Sequence record: SRR22947727_1819
Reading direction: 5' to 3' (one strand)
DNA: 56,631 nt
Under the pieces are notes generated by a model. The model saw nothing but the letters and a program-made list of their open reading frames with translations. It did not search any database and was not told where the DNA came from. Of the stretch, positions 9,119-17,756 are shown piece after piece; the stretch's first letter is position 1, and every line of letters begins with the position of its first letter. A program made the translations under genes and the position numbers.

Positions 9119-11023
9119 ATGGCGGCTAATCTCATTGAAACCAATAAAAAGAAACTTCGCTCAGCTAACGTTGATCCTATTACTTTAGACCTAATAGAGA
9201 ATGCAATTCGAAACGCTCGCGTTGAAATGGATGCTACTCTTTTTCGTACAGCCTTGTCCCCAGGGATACGTGAACAAGGAGATGCATTTCCTTTAATTGC
9301 AAACCGAGATGGAAAAATGGTTGTTGGGCAATTTGGATCATTTATTGACGGGTTTTTGAAAACGCATGAAGGAGATATAGAGGAAGGTGATGTAATATTA
9401 CTTAACGACCCTTACTCATGCGAAGGAGCTATAAGCCACAACAATGATCAGCTCGTTATTATGCCAATATACCGAAAGGGAAGAATTATCTCATGGGCTG
9501 CCATGTTTGGTCATATGACTGACATCGGAGGAAAAGTTCCCGGATCTCTCCCCAATGATGCACAATCAATATTTGAGGAAGGCCTAAGAATGCCTCCTGT
9601 TAAATTATATCGAAAAGGGGAGTTTCAAGAAGATATCCTTAAAATTGCTATGCACCAAAGTCGCATGCCAGAATGGTATAAAGCTGATCTCCATGCAATT
9701 GTAGCCGCTTGCAAAGTAGCAGCCTTAAGGGTTGAAGAAATTTGCGAGCGCTTCGGTGATGATATTTACAATTCGGCACTTGATGAATTATTAGCTCGCA
9801 ATCATCGTGCGATGAAACATCTTATAATGACGTCAATAGGAGAGAAGCCGGTTAGCTTTGAGGATTACATTTGTGATGATGGTAATGGCAATGGGCCATT
9901 CAAAATCAAATGCACTATGCACAGAAAAGGTGAAAAGGTCTACCTGGATTTTGATGGTACAGACCCCCAATCAGAATACTCTATTAATTTCTTTCTAAAT
10001 GAAAATATGTTTAAAATGTTCTTTGGTATTTACATGATCATGGTTTTTGACCCACAAGTACTTTTTAATGACGGTTTTTATGATCTTGTAGAAGTTAAAA
10101 TTCCTCAGGGTTCATTATTAAAACCTAACTACCCAGCTGCATTATCCTGTAGAACTCATGCCTTGGGTCGTATTTTTGATATTCTCGGTGCTCTTTTAGG
10201 CCAAAAAACTCCTGATTTCATGTGTGCAGCGGGATTTTCTTCTAGTCCGCATTTAATGTTCTCTGGTTTTGATGAAAACGATGATTGGTTTCAACTTTTT
10301 CAAATCGGATTTGGGGGAATACCAGGTAAACCTTTTGGAGATGGTCCTGATGGTCACTCTTTATGGCCTGGTTTTACCAATGTTCCGAATGAGTTCCTAG
10401 AGCGTTATTTTCCAATGGTAATTGAAACATATGAGTCTCAAATAGACTCTGGAGGAGCAGGTCATTTCCGAGGGGGTAATGGCATTAATATGGTTTATAG
10501 ATTTACCCAAGATGGTCAGATTTCTATTCACGATGACCGTTGGTTCATTCCTCCATGGGGAGTTAATGGGGGCTTACCAGCAGAAAGGTCATTCAAGAAA
10601 CTTGAAAAAGCTAATGGGAAAAAAGTGGTATTAGGCGCAAAGGTAGATCGTATTGATGTGGAAGCAGGAGATCTCTTGCATTATGTAACATGGGGCGGAG
10701 GAGGTTGGGGCGACCCCTTAACCCGCGATCCTGTTCTATTGTCAAAAGAGCTTAAACAAGGCTTAATTTCCAGGAAAGGGGCTAGAGACTATGGCGTAGT
10801 TCTGTCTAGTAGTGGAAAGGTCAATGTCAAAGAGACCAAATCGCTTCGTAAAGAAATGTCAAAAGCACGAGGGAAGATTAAAATCTTCGATTATGGTCCA
10901 GATATAGAAACATTACGTAAAAATTGTCTCAAAGAAACTGGCCTCCCAGCACCTTTACAACCCGTATGGAAAAAGAAAGGTCACAAAAAGGGCTCTAGTA
11001 GAACTAGAGGTGCAGTGACCTAA
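9119..11023 (+). CDS. hydantoinase/oxoprolinase subunit B
   Basis: LLNDPY, SHNND, GHMTDIGGKVPGS, DSGGAG, GGGGWGDP. Confidence 0.93.
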   Translation: MAANLIETNKKKLRSANVDPITLDLIENAIRNARVEMDATLFRTALSPGIREQGDAFPLIANRDGKMVVGQFGSFIDGFLKTHEGDIEEGDVILLNDPYSCEGAISHNNDQLVIMPIYRKGRIISWAAMFGHMTDIGGKVPGSLPNDAQSIFEEGLRMPPVKLYRKGEFQEDILKIAMHQSRMPEWYKADLHAIVAACKVAALRVEEICERFGDDIYNSALDELLARNHRAMKHLIMTSIGEKPVSFEDYICDDGNGNGPFKIKCTMHRKGEKVYLDFDGTDPQSEYSINFFLNENMFKMFFGIYMIMVFDPQVLFNDGFYDLVEVKIPQGSLLKPNYPAALSCRTHALGRIFDILGALLGQKTPDFMCAAGFSSSPHLMFSGFDENDDWFQLFQIGFGGIPGKPFGDGPDGHSLWPGFTNVPNEFLERYFPMVIETYESQIDSGGAGHFRGGNGINMVYRFTQDGQISIHDDRWFIPPWGVNGGLPAERSFKKLEKANGKKVVLGAKVDRIDVEAGDLLHYVTWGGGGWGDPLTRDPVLLSKELKQGLISRKGARDYGVVLSSSGKVNVKETKSLRKEMSKARGKIKIFDYGPDIETLRKNCLKETGLPAPLQPVWKKKGHKKGSSRTRGAVT

Positions 11024-11024
11024 T

Positions 11025-12230
11025 ATGTCTAGACAAACATCTGAACGACAAGGTCCATTAACCGACATTAGGGTAATTGAAATGGGGCAACTTATAGCTG
11101 GTCCATTTTGCGGTCAGTTATTTGCAGATATGGGCGCAGACGTTATTAAAGTTGAACCCCCCGGAAAGGGAGACCCCATGAGAACCTGGGGACGAGAAGG
11201 GTATCCTCTTTGGTGGAAAGTATGCGCACGTAATAAACGCTGTATAACTGCAAATTTACGTGAAAAAGACGGTCAAGATATTATCAAGAAACTTGTAAAA
11301 GAAGCTGATTTTATATTAGAAAACTTTAGACCCGGCACCATGGAAAAATGGGGCTTAAGTTATGAAGACCTTAAAGTTATAAACCCCAGAATCATAATGA
11401 TCCGGGTTTCGGGCTATGGTCAAACGGGTCCATATTCAAAACGTCCCGGCTATGCCTCAGTCGGAGAGGCAATGGGTGGTGTACGCTATCTTATGGGTGA
11501 CCCTGACCGTAAACCTAGTCGTGCGGGTATATCCTTAGGTGATACGCTTGCTGCTACTTACGCCACAGTTGGTGCTTTGGCTGCTTTGCACCATAGAGAG
11601 AAAACTGGAGAAGGGCAGGTTATTGACGCGAGCATATACGAATCCGTGCTTACAGTTATGGAAAGTCTAGTGCCAGAGCATACTATTGAGGGCTTCACGC
11701 GTGAACGGTCAGGTTCGTATCTGCCTGCAATTGCGCCTTCAAATATTTATGATGGCAAAGATGGCATGGTCATTATAGCGGCAAACCAGGACACTATCTT
11801 TGCTCGTTTGTCAAAAGCCATGGATATGCCATCTCTTGCAGACAATCCCCGATACGCCACTCACACCGCGCGTGGTACCCATCAATTAGAGTTGGACGAT
11901 ATTATTCAAAAATGGGCTAATGATAAAACAATAAGCGAAATAGAAGAAATAATGATTAGAAATGCAGTTCCTGTTGGTAAAGTTTATAGAGCTAAAGAGA
12001 TGATTGAAGACCCTCATTTTAAAGCACGCCAATCCTTAATCGATTTACCAAGTGAAAGGTTTGGGTCTATAAAGATGCAAAATGTTTTCCCAAAAATGTC
12101 AAAAACCCAAGGAGAAGTCCGTTGGACTGGCCCAGAAAAACTTGGTTCTCACACAGAAGAGGTTTTAACGGAACTTCTTGACCTGACCTCCGAACAAATA
12201 GAAAAACTTAGAAAGAGTAATATAGTTTAA
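11025..12230 (+). CDS. CaiB/BaiF class III CoA-transferase
   Basis: IAGPFCGQLFADMGADVIKVE, RNKR, ENFRPG, SGYGQTGP, catalytic Asp in SLGDT. Confidence 0.92.
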   Translation: MSRQTSERQGPLTDIRVIEMGQLIAGPFCGQLFADMGADVIKVEPPGKGDPMRTWGREGYPLWWKVCARNKRCITANLREKDGQDIIKKLVKEADFILENFRPGTMEKWGLSYEDLKVINPRIIMIRVSGYGQTGPYSKRPGYASVGEAMGGVRYLMGDPDRKPSRAGISLGDTLAATYATVGALAALHHREKTGEGQVIDASIYESVLTVMESLVPEHTIEGFTRERSGSYLPAIAPSNIYDGKDGMVIIAANQDTIFARLSKAMDMPSLADNPRYATHTARGTHQLELDDIIQKWANDKTISEIEEIMIRNAVPVGKVYRAKEMIEDPHFKARQSLIDLPSERFGSIKMQNVFPKMSKTQGEVRWTGPEKLGSHTEEVLTELLDLTSEQIEKLRKSNIV

Positions 12231-12443
12231 ATTATTTACTCCAGACTATAACTGACAAATTAAAAACAAAAGTAATGGTTCAACTAAATATCTTGACAAA
12301 GTATTTTTGTAGGCCAAGTTTATTATCAGAGTTTTAACTCTTATTTCTAAAAGAATGCTAAGTTAGGTCTGAAAGGAACTTCCAGTCAAATCTCGTTGAA
12401 CCCTTAATATTCTGCGATATGTTATAAATATGGAGAATAAATC

Positions 12444-12800
12444 ATGTATGAACTACTTGAGGATATGATTGGAAATGCAGTCAATATATTTTTTGATCTT
12501 GATTATAATTTTTATAATTTTTTAAACGATATATTTCTTTATATTATATTTGCGGTAATTCTCATTGAGGGGAAAAACTACATAGTCAAAAAAAATATTG
12601 CTTCTGAAATAGACACTGTATTAGACGATATAGAAGAAAAGCAAATAAAGGCTCGTCTTAAAAAAATAATAAAAGAAAATTCAAACTTTAGTGACAAGCA
12701 ATCATTATTCCATCTATTCTTTTCCATATTGATAATTTTAGTTTTTTCATACTTTATATGGACATTTCTAGAGAGCGGTGCACTATTTTTCCAATCTTGA
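12444..12800 (+). CDS. hypothetical membrane protein (2 TM)
   Basis: 118 aa, GGAG RBS, two hydrophobic segments. Confidence 0.6.
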   Translation: MYELLEDMIGNAVNIFFDLDYNFYNFLNDIFLYIIFAVILIEGKNYIVKKNIASEIDTVLDDIEEKQIKARLKKIIKENSNFSDKQSLFHLFFSILIILVFSYFIWTFLESGALFFQS

Positions 12801-12880
12801 AAACATCTCAATAATTTTTGGCAAAAAACACTTGAAAATATAATAACTTTAGAGAAAGTATTTATTAAAGGAGAAAAATC

Positions 12881-13498
12881 ATGAAAAAATATATATTTGC
12901 ATTATCATTACTTACTGCATCAAGCGTAGCAATAGCAGGACATCATGAAAATGATGCACCTAAAAATGGTAACACTGCTGAATGGCAAATAAAAGCTTAT
13001 ACATCTGCAGCACCAACATTTATTGGTGATAATGCTTCTGTTATTGGTTCATCAGGCGACGTTTTAAGAAAAGGAACGAATGGTTGGACTTGTCAAAGTG
13101 GGAATCCACGACCTATCCCAACGGGGGGATGGAAAAGCGCTCACCAAGCTATGGCTGTGTGTCATGATGATGAAGGCATGAAGTGGATGATGGCTTACAT
13201 GACAGGCAAGAAGCCAGTAATGACAAGAGACAGCTTTATGTGGATGCTAAATGGCGATATGGGAGAAGATAATACAACTCCTGGGGTGTTCAATAAAGAG
13301 GATTCAACACCCGGAGAATGGATTGAGTCTGGTCCGCACCTTATGTTAATGCCTAAAGACCCGGCAAACCTTAAGAATTTTTCAACTGATTTTTCAACGG
13401 GCGCGCCATACGTTATGTTTGCAGGAACTGATTATGCGCATTTAATGATTCCGGTTGAAGGTTATTATAAATATCAACCAAATTCTGGTCCAAAATAA
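12881..13498 (+). CDS. secreted hypothetical protein, Met/His/Cys-rich
   Basis: AAGGAG RBS, signal peptide AIA|GHHE, motifs GTNGWTC, CHDD, GPHLMLM, HLMIP. Confidence 0.8.
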   Translation: MKKYIFALSLLTASSVAIAGHHENDAPKNGNTAEWQIKAYTSAAPTFIGDNASVIGSSGDVLRKGTNGWTCQSGNPRPIPTGGWKSAHQAMAVCHDDEGMKWMMAYMTGKKPVMTRDSFMWMLNGDMGEDNTTPGVFNKEDSTPGEWIESGPHLMLMPKDPANLKNFSTDFSTGAPYVMFAGTDYAHLMIPVEGYYKYQPNSGPK

Positions 13499-13522
13499 AA
13501 CTAACTTTTAGAGGAAATTAAA

Positions 13523-13960
13523 ATGAAAAAGATTTTGTTGGCTATTGCCCTATTTATATTTTCAACTCCCGCATTTGCAGGAGACCATGAAGTATCGGAT
13601 AGTTTAAACTTGAAAAAGCGGCAGGCAGATGCCCTTATGACAGTTACAAATGTTGATCTCGGAGATGACATTACAACCATAAGCGCAACAGGTAAAATGG
13701 GCGTCTACGGAACTGTGTATGCTACTTACAATTTAAGTTACGTTACGAGTACAAGTGGTTTTGTTACGGGAGTTGGGCGCGGTGCTTTAGATGGGGATAA
13801 CGTAGTTGGAGGAGCGTTCAGAGGGATATGGACCCGTGATGGCTCCATGGTAAAAATTCGTCAAATAGTACAAATAAGTGATGGCACCCAGAATTTAGAC
13901 GTTATTGATATTGATATGCTCAAAGATACATTCGTTATAAAAGCGTACTCCTTAAAATAA
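13523..13960 (+). CDS. secreted hypothetical beta-rich protein
   Basis: GAGG RBS, signal peptide AFA|GDHE, alternating beta-strand pattern. Confidence 0.75.
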   Translation: MKKILLAIALFIFSTPAFAGDHEVSDSLNLKKRQADALMTVTNVDLGDDITTISATGKMGVYGTVYATYNLSYVTSTSGFVTGVGRGALDGDNVVGGAFRGIWTRDGSMVKIRQIVQISDGTQNLDVIDIDMLKDTFVIKAYSLK

Positions 13961-13966
13961 AACTTT

Positions 13967-14009
13967 TATGGGTTAAAATTGAATAAAAAAAATTCATTTT
14001 TAACCCATA
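13967..14009. terminator. long inverted repeat or terminator after the two-gene secreted-protein unit
   Basis: TATGGGTTAAAATTGAAT-A7-ATTCATTTTTAACCCATA, 18-bp arms with one mismatch. Confidence 0.65.
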
Positions 14010-14033
14010 CAGTTTCAATATAAAAGGAATGCA

Positions 14034-14405
14034 GTGGCTATAGATTTTAAAAATAAAAGTTTTTTCAAATTAAAGCAAAATGAGGAGTATTCAGAAAAAG
14101 TTTCACATATTTTAATAGATGGTGAGAGTATTCTAGATTCCTATAAGTCCATGCGTGATGGCGTTATATTCACTAGTAAAAGAATAATCTCAGTAAATGT
14201 GCAAGGAATAACTGGTAGTAAAAAAGATTTTACCTCATTACCTTATAAAAACATCATTGCATTTTCCATAGAAACAGCTGGAACATTTGACTTAGACGCA
14301 GAACTCGAAGTCTGGTTCTCTCAACTTGGAAAATGCAGATTTGAATTCAAAGGAAAAACGGACCTTGCCACTATATCAAAACATATAGCTGAAAATTCTC
14401 TTTAA
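14034..14405 (+). CDS. bacterial PH-domain protein (bPH_1, YvbH-like)
   Basis: RDGVIFTSKRII, QGITGSKKDFTSLPY, FSIETAGTFDLDAEL. Confidence 0.88.
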   Translation: MAIDFKNKSFFKLKQNEEYSEKVSHILIDGESILDSYKSMRDGVIFTSKRIISVNVQGITGSKKDFTSLPYKNIIAFSIETAGTFDLDAELEVWFSQLGKCRFEFKGKTDLATISKHIAENSL

Positions 14406-14432
14406 ATACATTGCCATGATTGCTGAATAGTT

Positions 14433-14801
14433 TCATTTACTTTGTTCGCTATCACCATCCTTTAAGCTTCCTTCATGTGAATGGTCATCTCTTAAGGAGT
14501 GAGAATTTAAATCTTCTCCCTTATTTTTTGAAAATCTATCAATGTATTTTGTTTGAAAGAAATAACCAAGCAATAAACTTAAGCCTGCCCAAGTAAGTAA
14601 TATAAAGCCTAGGTTAGTAGAAATACTAAACAGTTCGATTTTATAAAAAATACCTATTATAAATGCACCTAGGCCAGTAGCCAGAAAATACCCAAACCCA
14701 GTCCCCGCGACCGTAATAAGTGTTATCTCACATATTAATAATAAGACCCCTATAGTTACCCACCCCGTTGAGCCCAAGTTTGAGATAAAATCAGATATCA
14801 T
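14433..14801 (-). CDS. NfeD-like membrane partner of SPFH protein
   Basis: W-x3-G-x-LL-x2-E TM pattern; 4-bp overlap with the SPFH gene. Confidence 0.6.
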   Translation of the reverse strand: MISDFISNLGSTGWVTIGVLLLICEITLITVAGTGFGYFLATGLGAFIIGIFYKIELFSISTNLGFILLTWAGLSLLLGYFFQTKYIDRFSKNKGEDLNSHSLRDDHSHEGSLKDGDSEQSK

Positions 14802-15706
14802 TTACTTTTACTGCCCTTTACGGTTTCAGCTAATAATTCAATGCCTCCTAAAACTTTAGTTATTTCCGAAGGCATTATTAAAGTCTTTGTTGTATTAGAT
14901 GAAGCAAGCTCTGTGAGACCATCAACTTGTCTTTTCATTATTTCAAAGTTAATGGCGGCTTGCCCATGTTTCTTTATAGCATCACCAACAACTTTAGTTT
15001 GCTCTGCCTCAGCATCTGCTAGAAGTTTTACTTTATAAGCTTCAGCATCAGCTTTTACCTTAATGGCATCAGCTTCTTTTTCTGCTTTGTAGAGGTTAGC
15101 ATCGGCATTTAGTTCAATGGTTTCTTTCTGACCTTCCGCTTCTGCTACAGTAGCTCTTCTTTTTCTTTCAGCATTTAGCTGTTGTCTCTGGGCTTCTTTA
15201 GTTTCTTCGTCGAGCTGTACATCTAATATCTCAGCTCTTGTAACCTCAATCCCCCATATTTCAGCAGCTTTTTTTAACTGCTCATACACTTGAATATTCA
15301 TTGAGTCCCTCGAAGATTGCAGTGCATCTAAATCTAATTTTCCGCCCTCTGATCTTATAATGGATTTAGAAGTTTGCTCAATTGCATTAGCCACATTGTC
15401 AATTCTATAAACTGACTTTTCTGCATTTGTAACGCGATAGAAAACAGCAGAAATTAAATCAACTTCCACATTATCCTTTGTTACAACTGATATGCGTAAT
15501 TCTTCTAATTGTGTTTCTAGAATATCAACTTTACTAGATACCTTATCTATAACCGGTACAATGAAATTAAGTCCCGTTTTAAGTGTTTTGGTATATTTAC
15601 CAAATCTTTCAACTACATATTCTTGAGTTTGAGGTACAATTTTAATACCACTTTTAATGAAAAAACCGATTAAAATTGCTAAAGCAATAAATGTAAACGA
15701 AGGCAT
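14798..15706 (-). CDS. SPFH/band 7 (stomatin-like) protein
   Basis: IVPQTQEYVVERFGKY, GLNFIVP, TKDNV, WGIEVTRAEI, AERKRRA coiled coil. Confidence 0.92.
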   Translation of the reverse strand: MPSFTFIALAILIGFFIKSGIKIVPQTQEYVVERFGKYTKTLKTGLNFIVPVIDKVSSKVDILETQLEELRISVVTKDNVEVDLISAVFYRVTNAEKSVYRIDNVANAIEQTSKSIIRSEGGKLDLDALQSSRDSMNIQVYEQLKKAAEIWGIEVTRAEILDVQLDEETKEAQRQQLNAERKRRATVAEAEGQKETIELNADANLYKAEKEADAIKVKADAEAYKVKLLADAEAEQTKVVGDAIKKHGQAAINFEIMKRQVDGLTELASSNTTKTLIMPSEITKVLGGIELLAETVKGSKSK

Positions 15707-15783
15707 AGTAATTCCCTTAACTTTGAATTTTTTTTGTTACTTTATGTACTTTAAGCTCAAAAAAAACAAATGATTTGTTGAGT

Positions 15784-16209
15784 TTACTTAAAAGTATCAT
15801 TGATATCGCCGAAGGCTTTTTCCATTTCTTTCAAGCCTTCTTCCATCTCTTTTATTCCCTGAAGCATCTTATTCACACAACCAACGTAGTCATTTTCAAT
15901 AGCAAAGGCTTCCATATCAGCTGCTGTCATTCCATTAAAAGGCTCTCGTACTAAAGCAGCAATTTCTTCCTTTGTTTTATCAAAATTAGCGAAGCCTACT
16001 TTCATACCATTACAAAGAAGCGCATCAATTGCTGGTGGAATATCATCTCCCTCCGGTAAGTTATCATCATCAAAAGAAATATCAGGAAACATCGCTTGAA
16101 GTGAAGCTTCAGCCGTTTCTTCAGAAGTACTATCAAACCTGGACTCATTAACTGAGCAGCCACCGATTAACATTATCATTAAAACACTACTTGTAATTTC
16201 TTTAAGCAT
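15784..16209 (-). CDS. hypothetical lipoprotein
   Basis: Lipobox IGGC after a hydrophobic stretch; acidic helical body. Confidence 0.65.
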   Translation of the reverse strand: MLKEITSSVLMIMLIGGCSVNESRFDSTSEETAEASLQAMFPDISFDDDNLPEGDDIPPAIDALLCNGMKVGFANFDKTKEEIAALVREPFNGMTAADMEAFAIENDYVGCVNKMLQGIKEMEEGLKEMEKAFGDINDTFK

Positions 16210-16277
16210 GAACTTCTTCCTATATTTATGGGCTATAGTACAACTAAATTATTATTACACTTATTGCCATAACTAAA

Positions 16278-16324
16278 TTGACAGAGTGTTAAATATCTTT
16301 TACATATGTTAAAAATATTTAACA
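16278..16324 (+). promoter_or_regulatory. promoter with tandem XRE-type operator
   Basis: TTGACA 16278-16283, then 38-bp near-palindrome TGTTAAATATCTTTTACA-TA-TGTTAAAAATATTTAACA (16287-16324). Confidence 0.7.
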
Positions 16325-16334
16325 GGATTTTACT

Positions 16335-16568
16335 ATGAATTTTTCGTATAAAGAGAAAACTTTAATAGAAATAACTTCATATAAGTATAGCTATTGGGCT
16401 CTTTCAGCTACTATATGGTTTGTAATCTTTCAGCTTTTACTCAATACCCCATTCTCCAAATCCTTTAATACTCCTCAAGGGCTTTTTTATTCGTTGCTTT
16501 TATTTGTTATTTTAGCTGAGCTCATTAGTTATATCGCCCAGCTTTATCATTCACTTAAAGGAAAATAA
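16335..16568 (+). CDS. small membrane protein (partner of XRE regulator, possibly truncated)
   Basis: 77 aa, two TM segments, abuts the HTH gene. Confidence 0.55.
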   Translation: MNFSYKEKTLIEITSYKYSYWALSATIWFVIFQLLLNTPFSKSFNTPQGLFYSLLLFVILAELISYIAQLYHSLKGK

Positions 16569-16569
16569 T

Positions 16570-16776
16570 GTGAAAAAAATAATATTTAACAACGTTAAAG
16601 TTCTTAGGGAAAATAACGGAGGGATATCGCAACAAAAGTTAGCCGAAGCCATTGGAGTAACCCGACAAACAATAATTGCAATTGAAAAAAATAAATATTC
16701 CCCCTCACTAGAAGTTGCCTTCAAAATAGCGCTTGAATTTGATGTCACCTTAGACAAAGTCTTTTTTTATAAATAA
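16570..16776 (+). CDS. XRE/Cro-C1 HTH transcriptional regulator
   Basis: ISQQKLAEAIGVTRQTIIAIEKNKYSPSLEVAFKIA. Confidence 0.92.
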   Translation: MKKIIFNNVKVLRENNGGISQQKLAEAIGVTRQTIIAIEKNKYSPSLEVAFKIALEFDVTLDKVFFYK

Positions 16777-16826
16777 AGTAAAGTATAGCGTACCGAAGAC
16801 TATGATAGCAAAAAAGAGTACTATTA

Positions 16827-17006
16827 ATGAATGAGACCTTGTTATTCCTAATAATATTAGGCGCTATAATTACAAAGCCAGGAAGAACCTTAATTAAAGG
16901 CTTACTAATAGTTATTGGTACAATCTTTGTTAGTTTTTGGATGCTTCTTATCCTCTTGCTACTCATCATAGCTATAATTGCCATCATAGCACTGGGTATA
17001 ATTTGA
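16827..17006 (+). CDS. 59-aa very hydrophobic small membrane protein (absent from ORF track)
   Basis: Manual translation MNETLLFLIILGAIITKPGRTLIKGLLIVIGTIFVSFWMLLILLLLIIAIIAIIALGII*; fills the gap between two + strand genes. Confidence 0.55.
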   Translation: MNETLLFLIILGAIITKPGRTLIKGLLIVIGTIFVSFWMLLILLLLIIAIIAIIALGII

Positions 17007-17020
17007 TGTTAGGAAAAAAT

Positions 17021-17458
17021 ATGAAATTAAAGCATCTGTTTCAAAATGCTATCATTACTTTAGGTGGGTTAGCAATAGTTTCCTGCAGCGGAGGCGAAAA
17101 CATAGAAACCCCATCAACCCTGCCAGAGACGCCGCCGCCCACTCACGTAAAATCGACCGAACTTATTCTGAGAGGGGAGGCCTTTTATGAAAAGTTTTCC
17201 AATAAACCCTTCAGTGGTAGGGTCACAGGCCTTGAGCAAGGTGAGTTATTGAATGGAATTAGACAAGGAAATTGGCTTTTTTATTACGATTCAGGCCAGC
17301 TCTTACTTAAAGTAAACTACGATAACGGAAAGAAAAATGGTAGAGAAATAACCTATTATGAAAACGGTATGATTCTATCAGAAGGGGAATATAAAAACGG
17401 CAAAAGAGTATTACCTACTTGGAGTATATATGATGAAAGCGGGAATCTCATTTTATAA
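17021..17458 (+). CDS. MORN-variant repeat (YwqK-like) lipoprotein
   Basis: AGGA RBS at ATG 17021, lipobox IVSC, repeats GNWLFYYDSGQL / GREITYYENGMI. Confidence 0.78.
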   Translation: MKLKHLFQNAIITLGGLAIVSCSGGENIETPSTLPETPPPTHVKSTELILRGEAFYEKFSNKPFSGRVTGLEQGELLNGIRQGNWLFYYDSGQLLLKVNYDNGKKNGREITYYENGMILSEGEYKNGKRVLPTWSIYDESGNLIL

Positions 17459-17460
17459 GC

Positions 17461-17724
17461 AAATTTAAAGTATTTGATATCATTTTAACTATTGTTGGGA
17501 TTTATTTATTGCTAAAATCTGATATCTTAGCAGGGGTAGTATTTTTTGATCGGCTTACTCCATTTATACCAAGCAGCAAATGAAGAGCAATCATCCATAA
17601 ACTCAATTTATGGGTTAGTATGTTCTTAATTATAGTTACTTTTAGCGCATTTGCTGCAGATAGTTATATGAAACAATCTCTCGAAAAATCATATGAAATC
17701 AACAAAACTGAGGCAAAAACATAA
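17461..17724 (+). pseudogene. frameshifted remnant of a membrane protein gene
   Basis: Three consecutive frames give continuous TM-like text (FDIILTIVGIYLLL.. / FLIGLLHLYQAA.. / LWVSMFLIIVTFSAFAA..*); no start codon. Confidence 0.45.
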
Positions 17725-17756
17725 AAATCCTCATGAAAAACTTATACAGCGTCAGT

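Noticed and set aside
7055-11023. Acetone carboxylase or creatinine-utilisation assignment
   Set aside because: There is no gamma subunit, sarcosine oxidase or creatinine deaminase in the cluster, and the CoA-transferase/lyase context points elsewhere.
12231-12443. Riboswitch or sRNA after the CoA-transferase
   Set aside because: Only a TTGACA and a short hairpin (AGAGTT-TT-AACTCT) are present; I recognise no RNA family.
16745-16987. Minus-strand 80-aa ORF
   Set aside because: It is the antisense shadow of the more plausible + strand 59-aa membrane ORF and overlaps the HTH gene.
17021-17458. Bona fide toxin-antitoxin system
   Set aside because: YwqK/MORN-variant repeats are common in non-TA lipoproteins, and no recognisable toxin domain lies adjacent.
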